This document shows positions 12,277 through 24,400 of a DNA stretch of 64,000 bases, piece by piece. The notes beneath the pieces were generated by a model. The model was not told the origin of the DNA and searched no databases. It saw only the letters and a list, made by a program, of their open reading frames with translations. Source of the stretch: Cyanophora paradoxa CCMP329 (taxonomy: Eukaryota > Plantae > Glaucophyta); NCBI GenBank assembly GCA_004431415.1, contig QPMI01000059.1:282819-346818 (forward strand). The letters are read 5' to 3'. The translations under genes were made by a program, and so were the position numbers. Position 1 is the first letter of the stretch, and the number at the start of each line of letters is the position of its first letter.

Positions 12277-14330
12277 ATGGACAAGCTCATGGACGCGCGC
12301 GGCGATCCATCGCCGAGGCGCGTAACTGTCTTGCAAATCGGCAATATCGTAGGATTCATCGGCGTTGTCATCGTGAACGTGCGCGCCGCCATCGCTGGCC
12401 CCTCCCCCGTTCATACAGACCGCGTGCGGCGGTTCAGCGCGCTGGCACGGGCTCGCCCGCACGCAGTCGAGTCATTCGTACACGCGCAACTGCAGCTAAC
12501 GCGGCCGCGCGCGCCCCCGCAGGCCCTCGCCGGCGGAGGGAGGCTCCGCAAATCGAACGCGGCGGTGTCCGATTCCTATCCTACCAAGTTCACGCCTGCC
12601 GGATGGGCCTTCTCTATCTGGGGCGCGCTCTCCCCCCCCTCCCCGCCCGCTGCGCGCATTTCCTGAGGCCCGCGCCGGCGACAGGCATCATCTACCTCTT
12701 CTGCAGGCGCCCGTCCCGCGCCCCGGCGCCGCCGCCCAGCCCCGCCTGCTGACTGACTGCGCTTGCTGCTTTCGTTTCGCAGCATCTTTGTGATCTACCA
12801 AGCCCTCCCCTCGTCCCGCGCTGGCCCCCGCTCCGAACTCCTCTTCAGCCGCCGTGGCGTCGGCGGCGCCTTCCTGCTCTCGGTACCCCTCCGTGACCTG
12901 GACAGCGCTAATCCCGTAATCCAACGGACCCCCCCCCCCCCCCCCCCCCCCGCAGTGCTTCTTCAACATAATTTGGTCCATCGTGTTCCCCTACGAAGTC
13001 CTCTGGCTCTCCGTCATCCTCATCTTCTGCCTCCTCGCATCCCTCCTCCGCGTCTACGTACCCCCTTTCGATACATTAACGTACCCGTCCCGCGCTTCTC
13101 TCATCGCGCGGCGTCGTCGCAGGTCCGCTGCGGCGTCGGCCTGCGCCCGCGCGAGACGATCGCGGACTTTGTCGCCGTCGACGTGACGTTCAGGCGCGCG
13201 CGCACGCCGTACCCCCTTCCTCCGCCTGATCCCGTACCCCCCTCCCGCAGCCTGTACAGCGCGTGGCTCTCTGTTGCGTGCGTCGCGAACACTGCGCTGT
13301 GGCTCTACGCCCTCGGCTGGCGCGGCGGGCCCATCTCCGAATCCGCCTGGTCGGCTTTTTAGCCCTACCCCCCTCCCAATTTTAATCTAACCCCGTACCC
13401 CAGGTCCGTCGTCGTGATGTGCGTAGCCGTCGCGATCGCGGGCGTGAACCTCGTCACGCGCCTCGACGGTCAGGGCGTACCCCCTCCCCCTCCCCCCCGC
13501 CAGCCTCCCGACCCCGCCCCTTTAGACCAGCCCCTAGGCGGGCCGGGCCGCTGGCCGACCGACGGCTGCGGGCCGCCGATGCCGTCCTCTCGGCCTCCGC
13601 TACTTCCCCCCCGCCCCCCCCCCCCCCCCCCCTCCCTCCCCTCCTTCGATTGACGCCTCGAGCTTCTCCCCCCCCCCCATCCCCCCGCGCGCGCGTCATT
13701 CAAATTATTGAACTTAAGGCTTCTCCTTAAGGGCTCCGAGGCCCCTCCTAAGGCCTTTCCCTTCTCTTTCTCTTTGTTCGTTCTCTAGGGACGTCCTCAC
13801 CTGACCGTCGGGGCGCGCCGCGCAGGGCTGTGGGGCCTCGTGATCGCGTGGGCCCTGGCGGCCATCTCTTCGAAGCACCGCACGGATCCCACCGTCTCCA
13901 CCGCCGCCCAGGTCCGCGAGGAACATACAGAACTCAGAATAAGTAGAAGCCGGGCCGCACGCCCGTCTCGGGCATTCTATTTCTAGTTCTAGGCACGAAT
14001 CTAGCGCCGTCCCGGCCGCGTGCTCGTGCTCGTGCCGGACGCTCCCCGACGGATTCGAACCCAGGTCCTCTCCCTCATCTCCGCCGTCACGAGCTGCGTC
14101 GCCCTGTGCGCCCCGTACACCCCCCCCCCCCGCTCTCCCTCCTCGAGCCCCGTGCCCCCTCCCCCTCTTTACTTTCGGGATACAGCTTCGCCAAGTTCTG
14201 GAGGTGGCGCTCGCGGGGGTTCAGCCCGCTGTACGCGGCGGGGCCGGCGCCCCCCAGCCCCGCGCTGGGCCCGGGGGTCACCCCCACGGCCGCCTCGCTG
14301 GGGAGCCCCGTCACGGAGACGACTGTGTAG
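12277..14330 (+). CDS. TspO/MBR-related (tryptophan-rich sensory protein-like) multi-pass membrane protein
   Basis: NAAVSDSYPTKFTPAGWAFSIWGIIY signature, then FVIYQALP, FNIIWSIVF, FSLYSAWLSVACVAN and VIAWALAAI hydrophobic helices; three introns use GC donors. Confidence 0.8.
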
Positions 14331-15436
14331 GCCTAGCTATAGGCCGGGCCAGGCTGCGATCGTCCAACTTGGAAATTGCAGGCGCGCGGTAGCTGCCTGC
14401 CCGGGGCCCGTGCTCCTGCGGCCGGCCGTGCATCCTCGTCGACGCCCGCCGCGTTCTGGCGCGCAGATGTCTGTATACGTACCTAGCTAAATATCTAAAT
14501 GTTTCTATCGGAGTCGCGTGCGCTGACCGTCGCGGCCGCCGGAACTGGCATGGAGCGCGGTCAGATAGCGCTCAGCGGCTCTAGATCTCGAGCTCTTCAT
14601 GACTACCAGCTGGCCCCCGGCCCCCGGCCCAGACCTAGGCTATTGGCCTGAATTCGGATCCGGAGTGGAGTCGCAACAATTCGCCCGGCGCCGGCGGCCG
14701 CGGCGCGCGATCCTGCCAGGCTGTTTAAAATTTCGACTCCCTCTCTAGATCTCTCTCCCCCTAACTTTCGAGAGCGCCCGGCCCGCGCGCGCGATCCTGG
14801 CCGGCGCGCATCGATATCCGTTCAAACGGTTCCCGGCCGCGCGGCGCCGGCGGGGCCGGCGCGGGCCGCGCGCGCGCGTCTCCGGAAGTTCATCCGTTCC
14901 CGGCGCCGGCGCGCTCCGTTCCCGATGCATTGCAAGTTCCTCAAGGTTATGCATCGGTAATATGATTCGGTATCCGAGCTCGAGCTCGAGGCTCCGACGC
15001 GACGTCGACTTCGAATTCGAACTCCCATTCAACCTTCAACACTGAATCAACAGGCAACACCGGGTACAGGAAACTTAAGCTTCCGTAAGCCTGCGCAATT
15101 GCAAGGAGCGCCCCGGCAAGTTGGCGGCAACCCCAAAGAGCTGAAGTGCCCTTAGATACAAGAAGCACCTCCGAGTCGACGGCGACTCGACGCCGCGTCG
15201 AACATTTTCGCTGCGAGGGCTTGGTCGCCACACCAGCTGAAGGCTGCTCGGAACCAGGCACCTTCCCGCGAATCTTGATCGCGTCGGTTGTCGTTCCGCC
15301 TTCGGCTGCGGCTGCAGGCCGTGCAGGCTAGATAGGTCCTCGTAACGCTTAAGCTTGCAACGCGCTCTTGCAAGCTGAAGTCGCTGCATGAGTCAAGCGC
15401 GGTTGCGATCAGTAGAGAGCAGCAGCGAGCAGTAGC

Positions 15437-18400
15437 ATGCATCGCTGGAAGGTCAAGACAAGGCGGAGGCCTCGCAGACGCAGCGCGGGCGTCGCCCGTG
15501 TTTGGTCGTGGCCGTGGTCGCTCATCGGCCTGGGGCTCCTCGCTTTCCTTGGAACCAGAGCGGCCGCAGCGATCATCAACTTGACTCCCGGAGCCGCTGG
15601 ATCCGTCGCCGCCGGTGCGCGGGAGCGCGGCGCGCTCCGCAAGCTTGACTCCCCTCTCACACGTTCGCTCTCGACCCCGCAGCGCTGGCGGCGGCCGCGG
15701 ATGGGGACACCATCAAGCTCGCCCCCGGAACGTACCTGGAGCACGACCTGAGGCCGAGCAGGGCGCGCCTGACGCTCGAGGGGGCGACTGGGCGCGCTTC
15801 GGATGTGACCCTTGACGCGAACGGGGCGGGCCGGGTCCGCATATGCATCCACGCACGCGCCGGCGCGCTCGCGGAGCCGCTGATTCGATCCGACGCTCCC
15901 GCGCTCCCACGCGCGCGCGCCCGCGCAGATCCTCACGCTCGGGGACGCCGCCGTCGGGCTGCAAGTGCGGCACCTGACGCTGCGCAACGGGAGCAGCTGG
16001 GTCGGCGGCTGCGCCCTCGTGGACATGGCCGCCAACACTTCCTCGGGCGTCCTCTTCGCGAACGTCGCCTTTGAGAACTGCCGCTCTCTCGGGTGCGGCG
16101 CGGCTTATCCTGGCACCCTTGCCGCGGCTTGGCCTGGTTTGGGCCGCTCTCTGACGCTCTGCGGCTGAGCAGAAAGAGCCCTCCCAACCCGAACCAGCAG
16201 GAGAAGTCTTACACGGAGAGGGCGGGCGGTGCGCCAGCGCGACCGCGCCCGCTTCCATTCCTTGCGGGCGGGCGGGCGGCCTGACGTCGAGCTGCCCCGC
16301 GCAGGCGCTGTCTACTTCGCTCGGACCTCCGCCCCCCGGTTCCAGGGCTGCTCCTTCCGGTGCGCGGGTTCGGCTCCCCGCGGGGCCAATCTTGCTGATG
16401 GGCGCCTTTCGGCGCAGCCACAACGTTGCTGCGCTCGGAGGCGGCGCCGCCTGGACCCATGACGACTCCGGTATTGTGTACCCTCCACCGTTCACGGGGC
16501 CCCTCTAACCCGCTTTTCTTCAGCTCCAGTCTTCGTTGATTGCGTCTGGGAGCGCAACTCGGTGACAGCCGGCTTCGGAGGGGGTACCCCCTTTCCTCCC
16601 CCCTCCCTGCCTCGGCCTTACTCGGGAGGTGGGGGTACAGCGATGGTTCCCGAAAGCCGTAGTGCTCCCTACGTCCTGCGGAACGTTTTCAGATGGAATG
16701 TCGCCGGTGCGGGGGGAGCCGTCGGTGCGTATCATGCGTGCCCCTGCGCACACTGTCCCGCCCCCCTGTACCCCTACGTGTTCAAGCACCCCGTAGATAC
16801 GGGGGGTACGACCAAGGCCAAGTTCGAGGAGTCAGCCGCATCCTGTCTCCTTCTTTGCGTTCTGCGTCCCTTCTCCCTAACTCCGATCCCGTACCCCCGC
16901 AGGTGCATCTTCGAGGAGAACGACAGCCCCTTCGGAGGTGGGCCAGTACCCCCATGCTCTCCGTACCTCCTTACATTCTCATGCGCCCCGATTCTCATGC
17001 GCTCCGTACCTCCTTATAAGGCGGAGCTGTGTACCACTACGGAAGTGCGTAGCCCTCTTTGCCCCTTCCTCACACTCGCCGAGAATCGCCATACCCCCAG
17101 ATGATCGAACCACGTTTACTCGCTGCCGGTTTGAGCGGAACCGGGCAGGCAGCGGCGGTGCGCCGGCCGAGCGCCCCACCCTCAAGAAAAGTGCCCTCGC
17201 CTATTTCGAACCCGCGCCCCGCAGGCGGTGGCGCCGTACTTGTGTCCACCACGTGCTTCCCGCGGTACACCGATTGCTACTTCGCGGACAACTCCGTCAG
17301 CCTTGGTACCCCACCCCCACCCCGCATTTCAACTCGCTGTACCCCCGGTCGTCCCCGAGCGCGTATCCTTCGCAGGCGCGGGCCAGGGCGGCGCCGTGAT
17401 GATGACGGGTGCGCTGTTTCTCCTCCCTTCCCCCTTCCCCCCCCCGCCCCCCCCCCCCCCCCCCTCCTTCCCCAGGTCCTCTCTCAGCCCTCTGCTCAGG
17501 TAACCCGGGCCTCACACTGATCGGCGGCTCCATGCTAAGATCCGAGTCCTTCAACGGGGGGGCCATCTACGGTGCGCGGGAGGGGAGCAGTATAGCTTCT
17601 ACTGGGCGGACAAGTCCCCCTCATTCCCCCTTCCAGCGAGGGGTACCGTCGTCCTCCGAATCGACGGCCTATTGGCGGACGGGGGGACGAGTCTGGACGT
17701 GGGGGGCGGCTTCATGGCCGTCAGCGTGCGTACCCCCCTCCCAGCCGGTCGAGCGGCGTCCGTTCCTGAACGGGGGTACGCGTATACACGTACAGGGCGG
17801 CGGCCACGACATATCAATCACGAACTCAGTGATCCGAGGCTTCTCCGCGAAGGCATCCGCGGGGGGCGGCTTCGTGCGTTCGAACCCATCTTGTTTCCCT
17901 TTCGACTTGAGCTCTCCCCGCCTCGGATGTGCTCCTCCCCCAGTTCCGGGGCTATCGCCTCTGCTATGAGATCAGGGCCCTAGCTCCAGCTCTAGCCCAG
18001 CGCCCCCCCCTCCCCCCCCCCTCCCCCCCCCCCCCCCCTCTTCCAACCCGCCCCGCGCACCCCTTCCCTCACTCGGCGGCAGCGGATGACCTACGAAACT
18101 GGATCCACCAAAATCGAGAATACGACGATCACCAACTGCACGAGCGCCTATGGCGGCGGGGGCTTCTACCTCGCCTCCGCGGTATACCCCTTTCTTCGCT
18201 CATCTTTTCCAAGTTTTCCTGCCTTTTTTCGATTTCTTAGAAAACCTCTTTCGCTTCTTTCGCAGGCGAAAATCGCCCTTCGCAACGTCACGATTCTGGG
18301 TACGCGATTCTGGCGCCCTCTCCCAAGTCTGGCGCACAAACGTGAACCTTTCGGCGCAGGCAACAGCGCGGAGGAGGGGGCTGGGATCATGGCCACGGAA

Positions 18401-21400
18401 AACGCAGAGGTACCCGGCGCTCTCCCCCCCCTCCCTCGTCATCCTCCATCAGCTAGAGCCTGATGCACCCTTGTCTTTCATCTCATTCCTCTCGCGCGCT
18501 TCTTGTCGGCCTGAGCTCTCTCGGTCGTGCTCAGGTGATCGTGCACGAATCGCGGATCGAGGGGAACGCGGCGGCGGCGAACGGCGGAGGCTTCTCCGTC
18601 GATCGGTGCGCCGCCACGCGCCGCCACGCGCCTCCGGTAGTCCGGGGTAGTCTCAGGGCAGCTTTGGATAGGATCGAGGCCGAACCTATCCCAGCAAAAC
18701 ATTTTTAGCTTTGGATAGGATTGATTCCCATGGCTCGGCCCGGGTAGTCATGGAAGCGGCTTGGCGTAGGCTTTAAGTGCCTCAAAAAGATCGCATCCCC
18801 CCCTCGTCCTCCCCCCCCTCCCTCCCTTCCTCCCCCCCCCCCCCCCCCCGACTGCTTCTTTCCGCTGAGTCTTCTCTCCCTTACTCTTTTTTCCCCGCAG
18901 AAACACATATGTCAAAATCACTCGCAGCGCCATCATCGGAAACTCAGCCAAGGAGTCGGGGTACGACGTCTTCGCACCGAATTCCGAGCCGAGCCGAGGA
19001 ATGTCGATCTCCCTCCGCTGATTGTTGCTCGCAGCGGCGGTCTGTACGTGGCGGGGGGTAGGGGATTCTCGCTGGAGGAGTGCCTCGTTTCCGAGAACCG
19101 GGCGAGGCATGCTCCCTGTACCCCTCTTCTGCCTCCCTTCCTTCTGACTGCCCTTTGCCCTTTGCCAGGCGAGGGGGCGCTGCGGCGCTGAGCCCGCGCC
19201 TGCTGGCCCCGCCCTCTGTCTCGGCCCGCGCCACTGTCTTTCGGAAGAACGTTGCCCTGGTCTCGGGCGGGGCGCTGCACCTCGCCGAGGGAACGTTCCC
19301 CTTCAACGTCTCCGCCGACTGCTCCTTCGAGGCGAACGAGGCCCGCTGGGGGTACGCGCACATCTGCTTTAATCAGTACCCCGCTCTAAAACTAAACTTA
19401 ACTGTACTCTGCTTCGCTCGCAGGCCGAACCGGGCGACCCGCCCGCAGCGAATCGCAATCGCCGGCAACGATTCCTTCGCCCGGGCCCCAGGTGCGCGCG
19501 CCGCTCCTCTCCAGAGCCTCCCCCGTTCTCTCTTAACCCCCCTCCCTTTCCCGCAGGCGAGCCCTTCGAGGTGCGGGCTGCGCTGTTCGACGGCCTCGGG
19601 CAGCTCGTCACCCTCGTCGAGCCGTGCGTCCCGGCCCCGCCCTTCCGCCCCCACTACAGCTTGTATAGCACAAGCTTGAGATTATAGATTATATCTTGAG
19701 ATTATAGATTATAGCGGCCCTCCCTCCCCTAGCTACAGCTTAGACGTGCGCTCGTCACCCTCGTCGACCGTGCGACCGTCCGTCCCTAGCGGTCACTGCC
19801 CGTCCTGCCCGTCCACCCGCGGCGCGGTCCTGTATAAAGCTGGGCCTGGCCGTAGATAGCTATGGCTCAAGCCCAGTATCAACTCGCCCGCCCCGCTCGC
19901 CGGCCCGCCCGCGACCTTCCCCGCGCCCGCCCGCCCGCGACATCCTCTTTCCCCTCGCTTGCCCGCCCGGCCTCTCCTGGATTCCGCTAGCTCAAGCGTA
20001 GTCATTACTACGCCGGCGTACTTCAGAAGGGGAGCCTGCTTATTTTATTAGTTGGTTATTTAGTTGACCTGACCTCCTCCTCCTCCTCCTCCTCCTCCTC
20101 CTCCTCCTCCTCCTCCTCCTCCTCCTCAGAGCTCGGCCTGGCCCTAGCTTAAGCCTAGTATACCTAGTATAAACCTGGTCCTTGTTGACCCTCTCCTCCT
20201 CCTCCTCCTCCTCCTCGGCGGCGCAGGCCGGCGACGGTGGCCCTCTCCGGGTCGGCGGGCCTCGCCCTCAACGCCCTCGTCTCCACCCGCGTCTTCGCCG
20301 AGGTGCGCCCAGTGCTAGATTAGATTGGATTATAAGGTGGGTTGTAAGCTTGTTAGACTAGATTAGATTATAAGGTGGGTTGGGTTACGCTCGGCTCCCG
20401 TATATAGGATTATAAGGTGCGCCCTCCCGTCCCTAGGTGCGCCTCGGCTCCCGTATATAGGATTATAAGGTGCGCCTTATAATGTGCGTCTTCACCGAGG
20501 TGCGCGGCCCCCGGCCCCCGGGCCCTTACAATTACATAAGTAGTAGTCGTTAGATTAGATTAAATTAGATTGCAAGGTCGGTTCGTGAGGGTGCCCTAGG
20601 GAGCCGCTCGAGGCTCGTGAGGGCGCCCTGGGGAGAAGGCCCCCCGCTCGCCCCACTCCCAGCTAAATTAGATTGATGCTAAATTATGGATGATGCTAAA
20701 TTAAATTGGATGGCGCGCACTACGACCAGAAGCTAATCGCCCCAGTGGCATTTTACTAGTGCTAGCGTTTCTGGATTTCTCCGGAGGCGCCCCGCCATTC
20801 CCAGTCCCAGCTGGCTGGCTGGCTCGCTGACCCGCGCGCGCCCCGCCTGCCCCGCCCCGTCCTGCCCCGCCCCGCGCGCAGGGCGCGGTGGCCTTCACGA
20901 TGGACGTGGAAGGTCTCCTGGGGCGCAACTACACCGTCAGCCTCGCCTCCGGTGAGTGAGAAGATGCTAGAAAAGCTAGAAAGGATAGGAAGAATAAAGG
21001 GGATATGAAGTATATAGAAATATAATAGGAAGAGTAAAGGGGTTATGTAAGAACAATCATGAGAAAGAACATATGTAAGGCTCCTGGGGGTGGGCCTTCT
21101 GGGGCGCGACTACACCGTCAGCCTCGCCTCCGGTCCGCCCCGCCCCGCCCTTCGAGGGCAGTCATAGCATGAAAGGGAGCTAGCTAGCTCTAGCTAGCTA
21201 GCTTCGGGGCGCCTCGGCCCCGGCCCCTTTTCTCTCGCTTCGATGATGACACTGACCGCCGACCCACCCCGGCGCGCGCGCTCGCGCGCGCGCACACACA
21301 CACACATAGACTTCGGGACGGCCCCGGTGGTCGTTCAGGTGCCCGGCGCCCCGCCCCGCCCCGCCCCGCCCCGCCCCGGAAAAAACGATATTTAGGAAGA

Positions 21401-24400
21401 ATATAAAGGGCTTTTATAGGAAGAAGAATAATAGGAAGAATATAGGAGAAATGATACATATGGTGCCCTGAACGGCCTCGGTGGTCGTTCAGGTGCCCGC
21501 CGCCCCGCCCCGCCCCGGCCCCCTCCACTCTCGCCACTTCCATATGAACTCTTTGAGTCTGGGCCGGCTTGCTTTTGGCCCGGACCCCCGTCTCTTATCT
21601 CAAAGCCTCTTTATCCCCCCGCCCTCTTTACCTTCTTCTTTAACGAAACGCCTCCGTACTTCTGAACCCCCGTCCCAGGTCCTCCCCTGCCGGGCGGGCT
21701 TCGCCCCCGTGACTACCGCCGACTCCTACCGCTGCGTACCCTGGTGCCGCAGCAGCCCCCCTGCCCGCCCCTCCGATCCGGTCAGATATGAGGAGGCTCA
21801 TATATGAGGTTCCTCGCGGCAGCGCGAGCGGGACGTTCAACCTGGACGGGGGCCCGTGCCTGCCGTGCCCCCCCGGGGCCTCCTGCCCCGGCCGCGCCAC
21901 GCTCCTCGCCGACACCGGTGCGGCTTCTTTCTAAGCTTTCTAAGGACGGATTCTTAGGCTTCTTAAGGGCGGCTTCTTAAACTTTTTAATTAAGCTGCCG
22001 TCCTTGGGGCGTCGCCACGCTCCTCGCCGACACCGGTGCGAGCGTTAACAGCATCTTTAGCGTTTCTAGAAAGGCTTCTTAAGCTTCTTAATGAAGGCTT
22101 CTTAGGCTTCTTAAGGTCGGCTTCTCGCCGACACCGGTGCGGCTTCTTTCTAAGCTTTCTAAGGACGGATTCTTAAGTTTATAAGTTTTCTAAGGAAGGT
22201 TTCTTAGGCTTCTTAAGGGCGGCTTCTTAAACTTTTCCCGTGCGGCTTCTTTCTAAGCTTCTTTTAAGGGCGGCTTCTTAAGAATCTTAAGCTGCAATCT
22301 TGGGGCGGCGCCGCGCTCCTCGCTGACACCGGTCCGCGGCTTCCCCGCCCGCCCGCCCGCGCGCCGTCCCTCCTCCAGACGGTAGCGTTCTAGATGGGCC
22401 GGGCCGGGCAGAGCGATATCTTCAGATAGAAAGATAGACAGACGGCTCGGGCCTGCCTCTGACCAAACGCCCCGCCCCGCCCCGCCCCGCCCCGCAGGCT
22501 TCTGGCTGAACCCAGAGTCTCTCACGCTGGGCGCCCCCTCCCTCCACCGCTGCCCCAGGCGTGCAAGCGTACCCCCTCCTCCTTCCCTCCTCCCCGTTCC
22601 GACGCGTTTTCGACGCAGGGGTTTCTGCTGCCCGCGCGGCCGCTGCCCCGTCGATGACCAGTGGTGCGCCCCGCGCCCCGCCCCCGCCCCTTCGTTCCTC
22701 GTCGCCTCCTTTACCGTACCCCCCGCCCACACCGCCCGCAGCGCGAGCGCGAGGGAGGGGGTACTCTGCGGCGCCTGCAAGCCGGGGTACTCGGACTGGG
22801 GCGGCGTCTGCGCCCCGGTGCGCCCTCCCCGCACTCGCTTCCCGCCATTTTCCTCCTCTTCTCGTATCTCCGAGAATCTAAGAAGCCTTCTTAAGAAGCT
22901 TTAGAAACCTGTCTTAAGAAGCTCGAGCTGCATCCGTTCTCCTCCTGAGCTGCATCCGCCCTCCTCCTCCTCCTCTTCCTCTTCTTGTAAGCTCGAGAAG
23001 GCCGATTCCCTGACGCCCCTCGTTCGCTCGCAGTGCGCGGCGCCGCAGTACGGTCTCCTCCTTATCCCCGCCGTCGTCGCCGCCCTCATCGTCGGCATCT
23101 TCTGGATAACCAGGTGGGCCCGTACCCCCCCCCCCCCCCCCCCCCCCGTCTCCGTGGGTAGCATCTATATGTAGCTTCTCCATATGCGGTGGCATCTATT
23201 CGTAGCTTTGTATCCGGGTGCTGCACCTGTTCACAGCCTCTTCCTATAAGGCCTAGGGGGGCGGCGGGCCGAACGCCGCCCTAGAGGCGGCCGGCGTTCG
23301 TTCGGGTGAAGCTGCTCTCGTTCTCTTAGAAATATTGGGAAGCTGTGCTTGGACCATCCCGTCCCCCCCCCCCCCCCCGCATATCTATTTTTAGGCACCG
23401 CCCCGCTCACTTCGTTCGCAGCATCGGGCTTCCGACGAGCGGGAAGCTCAAGAGCGTCGTCTTCTTCATCCAGGCCGCCGCCCTCATCATCTCGGTACCG
23501 CTCTTTCCTCGTTTTTTCTCGATCCCGTCTTTCTTTTCTTGTACCCCTTCTGAGGTTTTTCCTCCTGAATCGTAACCCCGTACCCCCCAGGACGTGCAGG
23601 TGGTGGCGAGCCTCAGCTGGGATTCCCTCCTCTCCTCCTCCGTCCTCTGCCCCTTCCAGGTACCCCCTTCCCTCCATCTCCCCCTTGCGCCTAGAATGAA
23701 CTTAGCTTTGGAGATAAGCGAAGGGGCGGCTTAGCCGGCGGAGCCTGAAGAGGAGGGGTACCAGGATCCTAGTCTAGGGGGGCCGCCCGCCCGCTCGTGA
23801 GTCACCCGAACGACGACGTCTGACGGGACGCAACAACTGCTCCAAGAGAGGGCTGGCTGGCCAAGCTAGAGCCTAGCTAGCTAGAGAGGGGTCCCGGCGG
23901 CTCCGCGACGGCTTGTCTAGCCTGGGGGCCCCTAGGCTCCTCTGGGCCTGGCTAGCCTGGCTAGAGAGGGCTGGCTGGGCTAGCTAGAGCCTAGTCTGGG
24001 GATCCCTTCCCCAAAAGGCCCGCGATATCTATATATACCCCAGGCAGGCTCCGATGGGCGCGACAGCTAACGAACGAACGTTAACATACCCCCTCCCTCC
24101 CCCAGATCGAGCCGATCCAGCGGACGCTGCTGGGGTACTGGATCCCAGCCTTCTCCTTCGTCTTCCTCCTCCTCGCCGTCCTCCTCGTCTACGTCGCCGC
24201 CGCCCTCCGCCACCGTGCGCCGTTTTCGTTTTATCAGGAATAGCGAGATTCAAATACCTTCACATAGCGAGAGACTAAAAGATTACAAGAAAACCAAGTA
24301 ACTAGGAAAATAGCGGCTTCCTTTCTTCCTTAGAAGTCGCCGCCGCCCTCCGCCACCGTGAGTCACGGGAAATCAGGATACTCGGATAGATCGTAAGACA

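Noticed and set aside
21895-22340. CRISPR-like repeat-spacer array
   Set aside because: Eukaryotic intron; repeats are degenerate copies of a splice junction, spacers are mutually similar and there are no cas genes.
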